The notes under the pieces: generated by a model | What the model was told of the DNA's origin: nothing | The model's input: only the letters and a program-made list of their open reading frames with translations | Database searches by the model: none | Assembly: GCA_965204735.1 (NCBI GenBank) | Contig: OZ242008.1 | Coordinates: 3,392,001 to 3,456,000 of the forward strand | Direction of reading: 5' to 3' | DNA from: Longimicrobiales bacterium | GTDB taxonomy: Bacteria; Gemmatimonadota; Gemmatimonadetes; Longimicrobiales; Gaopeijiaceae | Length of the DNA stretch: 64,000 nucleotides | Program-made: the position numbers and the translations under genes | Shown: positions 9,224 to 17,405 of the stretch, in pieces | Layout: each line of letters begins with the position of its first letter | Numbering within the stretch: position 1 is the stretch's first letter

Positions 9224-9283
9224 TCCGGGGCAACCGCCCCAGGGGGGCATCGTCGTCCGGGGCAGCCGCCCCAGGGGACATCG
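9224..9283. repeat. Two ~29-bp direct repeats, each internally palindromic
   Basis: tccggggcaaccgccccaggggggcatcg (9224) and tccggggcagccgccccaggggacatcg (9256), in a divergent intergenic region. Confidence 0.7.
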
Positions 9284-9401
9284 CCACACGACCGCCGTGG
9301 ACAGCGCCGGCCCAGCCCGAAGGCTTGCCCCGCCGCACGTCGGTCACTATTTCAACCCCCACGACGCCGGCAGGCCCGCTCGACTTTCGGAGGACCCTCC
9401 A

Positions 9402-12400
9402 GTGCACGCTTCCGCATTCACCGCTTCCGCATTCTTCACCGTCTCCGCATTCGCTGTCGCAACTCTCGCCGCCATGTCCCCGGCCCCGATCTTCGCCCAA
9501 GACGACGCCCAGCAGGACCAGTCGGAAGAGTGGGACGTGACCCTTGCACGGGGCGAGACCAAGGAGATCGACTTCACCACCGACGAAGGCACGTGGATGT
9601 CCATGGACATCTCGCCGGACGGGCGCTGGATCGCCTTCGACCTGCTGGGGCACGTCTACCGGGTTCCGGCCGACGGGGGCGGCGAGGCCGAGCTGCTCAC
9701 CGGCGGCACCGGCGTCGCGACCCACTACCATCCGCGCTACTCGCCCGACGGCGCTTCGATCGCCTTCATCAGCGACCGCAAAGGCCAGAACAACCTGTGG
9801 ATCATGGACGCCGACGGATCGAACCCGCGCCCGATCTTCGAGGAGCCGATGGTCCGCGCCTTGGAGCCGGCATGGTCGGCGGACGGCGACTACATCTTCG
9901 TGCGGCGACAGAGCTTGGCGTCCGGGTTCGGAGCGGGCGAGGGCGGCATCTGGATGTACCACAAGGACGGGGGCAAGGGCGTGCAGGTGGTGGGCGACCA
10001 GCCCCAGGCTGCGTGGCCTTCGCCGTCCAAGGACGGGCGCTACCTGTACTTCCACGTGTACACGGGGCCGGCAGGGCTTCAGGGCCGAGACGCCATGGCC
10101 GGGCACTGGCAGGTGCGACGCATCGACCTGGAGACGGGCGAAGTGACGCGCGTCACCGACGGCACGGCGGCCCAGCAGGTCCGCGCGTCCAGCGGCAGCG
10201 CCTACGCGGCCGAGGTCTCGCCGGACGGGCGCTACCTGGCCTTTGCACGGCGGATCGCCGGAGGAACGATCTCGTACCGGGGCCACGCCTTCGGGCCGCG
10301 CGCGGCGCTGTGGATACGCGACCTGGAGACGGGACGGGAGCGCGTGGCGATGGACCCCATCACCATCGACAACGCCGAGGGGATCAAGACGCTGCGCATT
10401 CTGCCGGGGTATGCATGGACTGCCGACGGTTCGGGCATCGTCGTCACGCAGGGGGGCCAGATACGCAGGCTGGACGTGGGCAGCGGCGACGTGACCACCG
10501 TCCCGTTCACAGCCCGCGTGCAGCGCACGGTCTCCGAGATGGCCCGCGCCAGCTTCCGGATCGACGACAGCCCCTTCCAAGCCAAGATGCTGCGCTGGTA
10601 CGGCGCGTCGCCCGACCGGTCGAGGATCGCCTTCCAAGCCGTGGGGCGGGTGTGGATCGCGGCGGCGGACGGGGGCCAACCCGAACGACTCACGACCGGC
10701 ACCGGCCCCTTCGAGTACTCGCCGGCGTGGTCTCCCGACGGGCAGTGGATCGCCTACGCCACTTGGGACGGCGCGGACGGCGGCCACATCTGGAAGGCCC
10801 GGGCGGACGGCGGGGGAAGCGGACCGCAGCAGCTGACCACGTCGTCCTCCGAGTACGTGCATCCGGTGTGGAGCCCAGATGGCTCCGAGATCGTGGCGAC
10901 AAGGGGTTCGGGCGCCGCTTCCCGTGCCCGCTCGGCGACGCAGAACCCTTACTGGGAGCTGTGGCGCGTGCCGGCCGACGGCAACGGGGAGACGCGGATC
11001 ATGACCCTGCCCCGAGGCGTCGAAGGCTTGCTGGGCAACCGGCGCCAGATCGTGCGCGCGTCGTTCGGCCCCGGAGGGCGCATATACTTTCCCTCGCGCC
11101 ACACGCCCGAGGAGGGCGAGACGGTCACCGCGCTGATGTCGGTGCGCGGGGACGGCTCGGAGCTGCGCGCGCACGCCACCATCCCCTTCGGCGACGAGTT
11201 CGTGATCTCGCCGGACGGCGATCGCGTGGCGTTCCAGGAGGGCGACAACGTCTTCTGGGCGCCGTTGCCCCCGGGCGGCTCCGGGGGCGAGCCGGTGGCC
11301 CTGAAGAAGGAGGGCGCGCCGGTTCCGGTCTCGCGCCTGACCACCGAAGGCGGGCTCTACCCCCGCTGGCGCACGAACGACGAGCTGGAGTACGGCAGCG
11401 GCGGCCGCTTCTTCGTGCACGACGCCGAGGCCGGCACGACCGATACCGTCTTCATCGACCTGCAGGTGCCGCGGCGCGTTCCCGAAGGCGTCCTGGCGCT
11501 GACCAACGCCCGGATCGTCACGTTGCACGACCGCGAGGTGATCGACGGCGGAACCGTGCTGGTCGACGGCAGCCGGATCGCGTGCGTGGGCGAGTGCGAC
11601 ACGTCGGGCGCGTCCGAGACCCTGGACATGACGGGCAAGACGATCATCCCCGGGTTCGTGGACATGCACGCGCACCACTACCGGGAGCACAGGGGACTGA
11701 TCCCGAAGCACGACTTCGAGTCGGCCGTCTACTTGGCCTACGGCGTCACGACCAACCTGGACAACTCCATGTGGTCCCAGAACGTCTTCGCCAGCGGCGA
11801 ACTGATCCGAGCCGGTGAAGTGGTGGGGCCGCGCACGTTCTCCACGGGCGACCCGCTGTACAGGGGCGACGGCGCCAGGCGGAACGAGCTGTCCAGCTAC
11901 GAAGCGGCCGAGCAGAACGTCAACCGCTTGGCGTCGTGGGGGGCGACGGCGCTGAAGCAGTACTTGCAGCCGCGCCGGGACCAGCGGCAGTGGGTGTCCG
12001 AGATCGCGCGGTCCAAGGGGCTCATGGTCACGTCGGAGAACAACGACATCCCGTACACCATCGGGATGATCATGGACGGGCATACGGGCTTCGAGCACCC
12101 GATGACCTACCTGCCGATGTACGGCGACTTGAGCCGCTTCCTGGGGCTCGCCGGCGCCACGTATTCGCCCACGTTCGTCGTGGGCGGCATCGGGCCGTGG
12201 AACGAGGAGTACTTCCTGGCCGAAAGCGAGGCTTGGCTGGACGAGAAGCAGAGGCGGTGGATGCCCTGGCGACAGGTGATCCCGCACATGCGGCGTCGCT
12301 GGATTCGACCCGAGACCGACTACAGCTTCCCCTTGATCGCCCTAGGCATGATGGACGTGATCGAGGCGGGCGGCTGGGGTGCCATCGGCTCCCACGGACA

Positions 12401-12758
12401 GGCCCACGGCATCGCGTCGCACTGGGAGGTGTGGATGGTGGAGTCGGCTTCGGACCCCATGACGGCGCTGGAGGTGGCGAGCGTGCACGGCGCCGTCTTC
12501 CTGGGGGCGGAGCAGGACATCGGCACGATCGAGCCCGGCAAGCTCGCCGACCTGCTGGTGCTCGACTCCAACCCCTTGGACGACATCCGCAACACGACCG
12601 ACATCCTGTACGTGGTGCAGGGCGGGATCGTGCGGGATGCGACGACCTTGGACGAGGTGTGGCCGACCCGCGCGCCCTACGGCGAGCGCTGGTGGGTGGA
12701 GCCGGACGCCTGGCGGATGGACGACCGCCCGGTGGACTACTGGGACCGGAGGCGGTAG
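9402..12758 (+). CDS. Secreted amidohydrolase with TolB/PD40 beta-propeller repeats
   Basis: Repeated SPDG motifs, PGFVDMHAH, GTIEPGKLADLLVLDSNPL; GGAGG then GTG start; signal-like N-terminus. Confidence 0.9.
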   Translation: MHASAFTASAFFTVSAFAVATLAAMSPAPIFAQDDAQQDQSEEWDVTLARGETKEIDFTTDEGTWMSMDISPDGRWIAFDLLGHVYRVPADGGGEAELLTGGTGVATHYHPRYSPDGASIAFISDRKGQNNLWIMDADGSNPRPIFEEPMVRALEPAWSADGDYIFVRRQSLASGFGAGEGGIWMYHKDGGKGVQVVGDQPQAAWPSPSKDGRYLYFHVYTGPAGLQGRDAMAGHWQVRRIDLETGEVTRVTDGTAAQQVRASSGSAYAAEVSPDGRYLAFARRIAGGTISYRGHAFGPRAALWIRDLETGRERVAMDPITIDNAEGIKTLRILPGYAWTADGSGIVVTQGGQIRRLDVGSGDVTTVPFTARVQRTVSEMARASFRIDDSPFQAKMLRWYGASPDRSRIAFQAVGRVWIAAADGGQPERLTTGTGPFEYSPAWSPDGQWIAYATWDGADGGHIWKARADGGGSGPQQLTTSSSEYVHPVWSPDGSEIVATRGSGAASRARSATQNPYWELWRVPADGNGETRIMTLPRGVEGLLGNRRQIVRASFGPGGRIYFPSRHTPEEGETVTALMSVRGDGSELRAHATIPFGDEFVISPDGDRVAFQEGDNVFWAPLPPGGSGGEPVALKKEGAPVPVSRLTTEGGLYPRWRTNDELEYGSGGRFFVHDAEAGTTDTVFIDLQVPRRVPEGVLALTNARIVTLHDREVIDGGTVLVDGSRIACVGECDTSGASETLDMTGKTIIPGFVDMHAHHYREHRGLIPKHDFESAVYLAYGVTTNLDNSMWSQNVFASGELIRAGEVVGPRTFSTGDPLYRGDGARRNELSSYEAAEQNVNRLASWGATALKQYLQPRRDQRQWVSEIARSKGLMVTSENNDIPYTIGMIMDGHTGFEHPMTYLPMYGDLSRFLGLAGATYSPTFVVGGIGPWNEEYFLAESEAWLDEKQRRWMPWRQVIPHMRRRWIRPETDYSFPLIALGMMDVIEAGGWGAIGSHGQAHGIASHWEVWMVESASDPMTALEVASVHGAVFLGAEQDIGTIEPGKLADLLVLDSNPLDDIRNTTDILYVVQGGIVRDATTLDEVWPTRAPYGERWWVEPDAWRMDDRPVDYWDRRR

Positions 12759-12776
12759 GAGGCGAGAGCGGCTACG

Positions 12777-12812
12777 ACGCCCCGGGGGGACCGGCGTCCG
12801 TCCCCCCGGGCG
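12777..12812. terminator. GC hairpin between convergent genes, probable bidirectional terminator
   Basis: cccgggggga (12781) pairs with tccccccggg (12801). Confidence 0.6.
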
Positions 12813-12817
12813 TGTCG

Positions 12818-14077
12818 TTACGCTGACTTCTTGGGCTGGTCCGCGGCTTGGTCCCGGCGCCGCATCCCCTTGTCGCGGTCTTCCCTGATGATCTTGAGGA
12901 TGGCGTCGAACTTCGCGTCGGCAGCGGCTCTGTCCCTGTCCCGCTCCGCCTTTTCCTCGGCGCGGGCCTTGTCCCGCTCCCGCTGCTCGGCCTCGAACTT
13001 CGCCCTCTCCTTGGCGCGAGCCTTCTCCCGCTCCCGTTGCTCGGCCTTGAACTTCGCCCTCTCCTCGGCGCGGGCCTTCTCCCGCTCCTGCTGCTGCACC
13101 GCCAATGCGGCCATGTCGGCCTCGAACTTCGCCCTCTCCTTAGCGCGGGCCTTCTCCCGCTCCCGCTGCTCGGCCTCGAACTTCGCCCTCTCCTTGGCGC
13201 GAGCCTTCTCCCGCTCCCGTTGCTGCACCGCAAACGCGGCCATTTCGGCCTCGAACTTCGCCCTCTCCTTGGCGCGAGCCTTCTCCCGCTCCCGTTGCTG
13301 CACCGCCAATGCGGCCATGTCGGCCTCGAACTTCGCCCTCTCCTCGGCGCGAGCCTTCTCCCGCTCCCGCTGCTGCACCGCCAATGCGGCCATGTCGGCC
13401 TCGAACTTCGCCCTCTCCTCGGCGCGAGCCTTCTCCCGCTCCCGCTGCTGCACCCCCAACGCGGCCATGTCGGCCTCGAACTTCGCCCTCTCCTTGGCGC
13501 GAGCCTCGTCCCGCTCCCGCTGCTGCACCGCCAACGCAGCCATTTCGGCCTCGAACTTCGCCCTCTCCTCGGCGCGGGCCTTGTCCCGATCCTGCTGCCG
13601 CACCCCGAACGCAGTCATTTTGGCCTCGAGCTTGGCAACCAGCTCCCGCTGTTCCTCGCCCAACGCAGCCAGCTTGGCGGTGAAGTCGGCATCCATCTTG
13701 TCGAACCGCTTGTCCATCCTGTCGCCGAGCCGGTCCACCTTCTGGTTGAGCTGACGCAGGTCGTTGTCGCGAAGAATCTGGATCTCGCGACGAATCTCCT
13801 CCGCCATCTCTCGCCGTACCGCCTCGACGCGCTGATTCGTCTGCCGCTGCGCCTCCCCAATCATCTTGCTCGCCTCCCTTCGCGCCTCGCCGACCTGCTC
13901 GCCCGCCTCCCGGCGAACCTCCGCCGTCGCGGACTTGAGGACCGCGATCTGCTCCGTGACTTCGCCCGTCTGCTGCCGCTTGACCGCACGCCTAGCGCGT
14001 CGCGACCGAACTGCGATCCCAACGGCCGCCACGACCACGCCGATCCCCGACACGCCGACCGCCACCTGCTCGAACAT
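12818..14077 (-). CDS. Membrane-anchored coiled-coil tandem-repeat protein
   Basis: Hydrophobic N-terminus VAVGVSGIGVVVAAVGIAV then charged helical repeats; GAAGGAGA RBS. Confidence 0.7.
   Translation of the reverse strand: MFEQVAVGVSGIGVVVAAVGIAVRSRRARRAVKRQQTGEVTEQIAVLKSATAEVRREAGEQVGEARREASKMIGEAQRQTNQRVEAVRREMAEEIRREIQILRDNDLRQLNQKVDRLGDRMDKRFDKMDADFTAKLAALGEEQRELVAKLEAKMTAFGVRQQDRDKARAEERAKFEAEMAALAVQQRERDEARAKERAKFEADMAALGVQQREREKARAEERAKFEADMAALAVQQREREKARAEERAKFEADMAALAVQQREREKARAKERAKFEAEMAAFAVQQREREKARAKERAKFEAEQREREKARAKERAKFEADMAALAVQQQEREKARAEERAKFKAEQREREKARAKERAKFEAEQRERDKARAEEKAERDRDRAAADAKFDAILKIIREDRDKGMRRRDQAADQPKKSA
12950..13600 (-). repeat. Coding tandem repeat with 75-bp (25 aa) and 54-bp (18 aa) units
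   Basis: AKFEADMAALAVQQREREKARAEER-type unit x6 and AKFEAEQREREKARAKER-type unit x3. Confidence 0.95.
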
Positions 14078-14175
14078 CCCCGAACTCTCCTTCGCCGAAA
14101 GGTAGGATGCTTGCCGCGTCCCGGACACCCCCGATCGAATTAGGTTCCCGACGCCCTCGCCCTCCAATGTCGCCC

Positions 14176-15219
14176 CTACCTTGGGACATTGGCATGGCTG
14201 AATCGGCCAATAATTCTTGGGGCGCCGTCGGGTCCGAGCGCTTCGGTTACCTTGCGGGACCCGGAGAGGCCTTCCGGAGCCTCTCGACCGACGAGCCGGA
14301 CGGGCTGGTTCGCGAAGAGCGGGGCCGTTGCGCGGTACTCGAAGCCGCCGGCAGCACCCCAGCAGCGTTCCGCCGCGTTCAGGAGAGCGAGCACCGCCAG
14401 AGGAGCGTGGACGAGGAGAGCGGGGTAGCCCTCCGCCTCGGCGTAGGGGCGGTCGTAGTGGATGCGGTGGGCGTTGTAGGTGAGCGCGGAGAAGCGAAAG
14501 AGGGCGACCTCGGTGGGAAGAAAGGACTCCTCCCACGCGGCTGCGTCGAGCTCCGAGGCGGCCTCCGGGGGACTTTCCCTCGGCGGGACAGGCTTCACGG
14601 GTCGTCGGGCGGCATCCGCCCGCGGTGCTGCACGGGCTTGCGGCCCGGCCTCGCGGTACACGATCACCTGTTCCTCCTCCACGCACCGGCGGCTGCCCTG
14701 CCGCACCTCGTGCCGCACGGTGGCGAAGGCCAAGCGACCGCTCCTGCCGACCTTCTCGACCACGCTGGCCACGCGAGACCGCAGCTCTGCAGGCTCGCCG
14801 ACGATCACCGGGCGGAGGGCGCGCAACGAACCACCGGCCCACATGCGCCGAGGCAGGTCCCCGGGCGGCATGAACGCGCCCCGTGCTTCGTGGCCGTCGG
14901 GTCCCAGGCTCGATGCAGGCAGCGGGTCGCGAAAGTAGAGCCAGTGCCAGCCCAGAGGCAGGGGGTCGCCAGGGGAGACGGCTGCGGGGTCTTGGTCCAA
15001 CAGGCCGCGCATAGCGCGAACCGGCCAGGGGTCGATCACGTCCCTTCGGAGTCGTGGGGCGGACCCGGATGGGACCCGTGGGGACCCGGATGGGACCCGG
15101 GCGGACCCAGCTGGAACCCGGGCGGAATCGGCTGGCACCCGCACGGAATCGGCTGGCACCCGCACGGAATCGGCTGGGACCTGCGCAGACCCGCTTGGCA
15201 CCCGTGGCGGTCCGGTCAC
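14176..15219 (-). CDS. MaoC-like double hot-dog hydratase (itaconyl-CoA/mesaconyl-C4-CoA hydratase-like)
   Basis: LPLGWHWLYF, RRMWAGG, LFRFSALTYNAHRIHYD; GTGA overlap with the lyase. Confidence 0.85.
   Translation of the reverse strand: MTGPPRVPSGSAQVPADSVRVPADSVRVPADSARVPAGSARVPSGSPRVPSGSAPRLRRDVIDPWPVRAMRGLLDQDPAAVSPGDPLPLGWHWLYFRDPLPASSLGPDGHEARGAFMPPGDLPRRMWAGGSLRALRPVIVGEPAELRSRVASVVEKVGRSGRLAFATVRHEVRQGSRRCVEEEQVIVYREAGPQARAAPRADAARRPVKPVPPRESPPEAASELDAAAWEESFLPTEVALFRFSALTYNAHRIHYDRPYAEAEGYPALLVHAPLAVLALLNAAERCWGAAGGFEYRATAPLFANQPVRLVGREAPEGLSGSRKVTEALGPDGAPRIIGRFSHANVPR
15059..15205 (-). repeat. Seven 21-bp tandem repeats in the hydratase N-terminus
   Basis: RVPADSV/RVPSGSP-type 7-aa units. 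Confidence 0.9.
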
Positions 15220-16211
15220 GAGGCGCTGCATCTCCCCTTGGCGCGCGACTTGGCCAGCGTCTCGCGGGCCGCCGCCACGATGGGACGGTCCACCATCCGG
15301 CCATCGAGAACGACCGGACCGCCGGCGGCTTCCCGGTCCGCTGCGACCACGCGCCTGGCGGCGGCCACGGCGTCGTCGGAGGGGGTGAACGCTCGGTGGA
15401 CCGCCGAGAGCTGCGCCGGGTGGATGACGGCCTTGCCGGAGAAGCCCAGCCGTCGGGCCCGGTCGGCTTCGTCCTGCACGCCGGCCAAGTCGCCCTGGAC
15501 GACCGGAGAAGGCATGTCGAAGGCCGGGACCCGGGCCAGCGACGCGGCGTGGACCACCCGGGAACGAGCGTAGAGCAGAGGCTCCCAGCCGGGCTCGGCG
15601 CCCAGCTCCAGCAGGAGATCGAATCCTCCGAAGACGAGGCCGGCCACAGAACCCTTGGACGAGTCGCCGCCGGCCGCCGCGCCGCCCCCGATCTCCTTCG
15701 CGCTGTCAAGACCGGCCGCCGTCTCGATCATGGGCAACAACGGCAAGCCCTCCGGGAGCATCTCCGCCGCCCGGCACAACCCCAGCCTGGCCCGCACTTT
15801 GGGGATCATCGCCGCGTCGATACGGCCGTCGAGACGACCGTCAGACAGCATCTCCGCGTCGAGTCGCCCGTCCGGCGACTCCAGATCGTTGATGCGGACG
15901 ACCAGCAACGGCCGCCTCTGGTCGGGAGCGTCGGGCCGCTCGGCGCCGACAGGCCCGCCGGCCCCGGGAGCCTCGCCCGCCCTTTGCCCCGCCACTGCCT
16001 GCACACGCCCCGCCAGCAACGCGCGCAGCGCTGCCCGCCCAGCTTCCTTGCGCGCCCGAGGCACTGCGTCCTCCAGGTCGATGCACACGGCGTCGGCGCC
16101 GCTGGCCAAAGCCTTTGCGCACCGGTCGGGGCGGTCCGCCGGCACAAAGAGGATCGAGCGGCATCCCGCAAAGCGGCTGCCGGCTTCCAGACAGCGCTCG
16201 GGCGGCGGCAT
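15216..16211 (-). CDS. CitE/HpcH family CoA-ester lyase
   Basis: RSILFVPA, IDLEDAV, VRIN, MIET, GKAVIHPAQ, GRMVDRP. Confidence 0.9.
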   Translation of the reverse strand: MPPPERCLEAGSRFAGCRSILFVPADRPDRCAKALASGADAVCIDLEDAVPRARKEAGRAALRALLAGRVQAVAGQRAGEAPGAGGPVGAERPDAPDQRRPLLVVRINDLESPDGRLDAEMLSDGRLDGRIDAAMIPKVRARLGLCRAAEMLPEGLPLLPMIETAAGLDSAKEIGGGAAAGGDSSKGSVAGLVFGGFDLLLELGAEPGWEPLLYARSRVVHAASLARVPAFDMPSPVVQGDLAGVQDEADRARRLGFSGKAVIHPAQLSAVHRAFTPSDDAVAAARRVVAADREAAGGPVVLDGRMVDRPIVAAARETLAKSRAKGRCSAS

Positions 16212-16238
16212 TCGACGAGCGGCCCTTGCCGTGTCCGG

Positions 16239-17405
16239 TCAGAACGACCTGGGAAGCCCCAGGACGTGCTGCGCGACGTGGGCAAGCACAAGGTTGTTTG
16301 CCACCGGCGCCACCAAGTACAGGCGGGCCTCCCGAAACTTGCGCTCGATGCCGTACTCGACGGCCATGCCCCACCCGCCGAAGGCGTCCATCGCCGCGTT
16401 CGCCGCCTTCCACGCTGCCCGCGACGCCAAGTACTTGGCCGTGTTCGCCTCCGCGCCCGGCGAACCGCCGGCGTCGTAGAGCGCTGCGGCTCGGTCGCGC
16501 ACCGAGGCGGCGGCCCGCACATGCATGTACGCGTCGGCGATGGGGAACTGCACGCCCTGATTCTGCCCGATGGGACGGTCGAACACTTCTCGCTCCCGGG
16601 CGTAGTCGGCTGCCCGGTCCACGAAGTAGAGACCGTCGCCCACGGACTCGGAAGCCAGCAGGATGCGCTCCGCGTTCATTCCCGAGAGGATGCACTCGAA
16701 GCCTTGGCCCTCCGGGCCGATTCGGTTCTCCGCCGGGACCTCCAGGCCGTCGAAGAACACCTCGCTGGTGTCGTGGTTGATCATCGTGGGCACGGGTCTG
16801 GTCCGCAGCGCGTCGCCCGCTTCCCGCAGATCCACCAGGAAGACCGAGAGGCCGCCCGTGCGCTTTGTCGTCCGCGACGCCGGCTCGGTGCGGGCCAGCA
16901 GCAGCATCAGGTCCGAACGCTCCACTCGCGAGATGAAGACCTTCTGCCCGTTCACCACGTAGCGGTCGCCCTTGCGCTGGGCAAAAGTACGGATCTGCGT
17001 GGTGTCGGAGCCGGCGTCGGGCTCGGTGACGGCGAACGCTTGCAGGCGCACTTCGCCCGACGCGACGCCAGGAAGGAACCGGGCCTTCTGCTCGTCGGTG
17101 CCGTGGCGCAGGAGCGTGCCCATCGTGTACATCTGGGCGTGGCAGGCCGCCGCGTTGGCGCCGGACCGGTTGATCTCCTCCAAGATCACGCACGCCTCGA
17201 CGAGCCCGAGCCCCGCGCCCCCGTAGGCTTCCGGGATCAGGCACGCCAAGTAGCCTGCCTCGGTCAGGGCGGCGACGAACTCCTCCGGGTAGGCCCGGGC
17301 CTCGTCGGCCTTGCGCCAGTACTCGTTGCCGAAGCGAGCGCAGAGGTCGCGGACCGCAGCGGCAAGTCCGTCCGCCGAAGAATCGCCGCCGCCCGCCCCG
17401 CTCAC
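16239..17405 (-). CDS. Acyl-CoA dehydrogenase
   Basis: AFAVTEPDAGSDT, NGQKVFISR, GGWGMAVEYGIERKFRE; GTGA overlap with the upstream gene. Confidence 0.92.
   Translation of the reverse strand: MSGAGGGDSSADGLAAAVRDLCARFGNEYWRKADEARAYPEEFVAALTEAGYLACLIPEAYGGAGLGLVEACVILEEINRSGANAAACHAQMYTMGTLLRHGTDEQKARFLPGVASGEVRLQAFAVTEPDAGSDTTQIRTFAQRKGDRYVVNGQKVFISRVERSDLMLLLARTEPASRTTKRTGGLSVFLVDLREAGDALRTRPVPTMINHDTSEVFFDGLEVPAENRIGPEGQGFECILSGMNAERILLASESVGDGLYFVDRAADYAREREVFDRPIGQNQGVQFPIADAYMHVRAAASVRDRAAALYDAGGSPGAEANTAKYLASRAAWKAANAAMDAFGGWGMAVEYGIERKFREARLYLVAPVANNLVLAHVAQHVLGLPRSF

Noticed and set aside
7471..9540. 689-aa plus-strand ORF and other long antisense ORFs (9207-12287, 20781-23372, 30127-33633, 55732-59205)
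   Set aside because: Shadows of motif-bearing genes on the opposite strand, expected at this GC content
12818..15709. 963-aa version of the repeat protein, and similarly extended ORFs 5108-7180, 16239-19247, 20730-23693, 44501-47458
   Set aside because: The extensions overlap other real genes; RBS or stop-start overlaps support later starts
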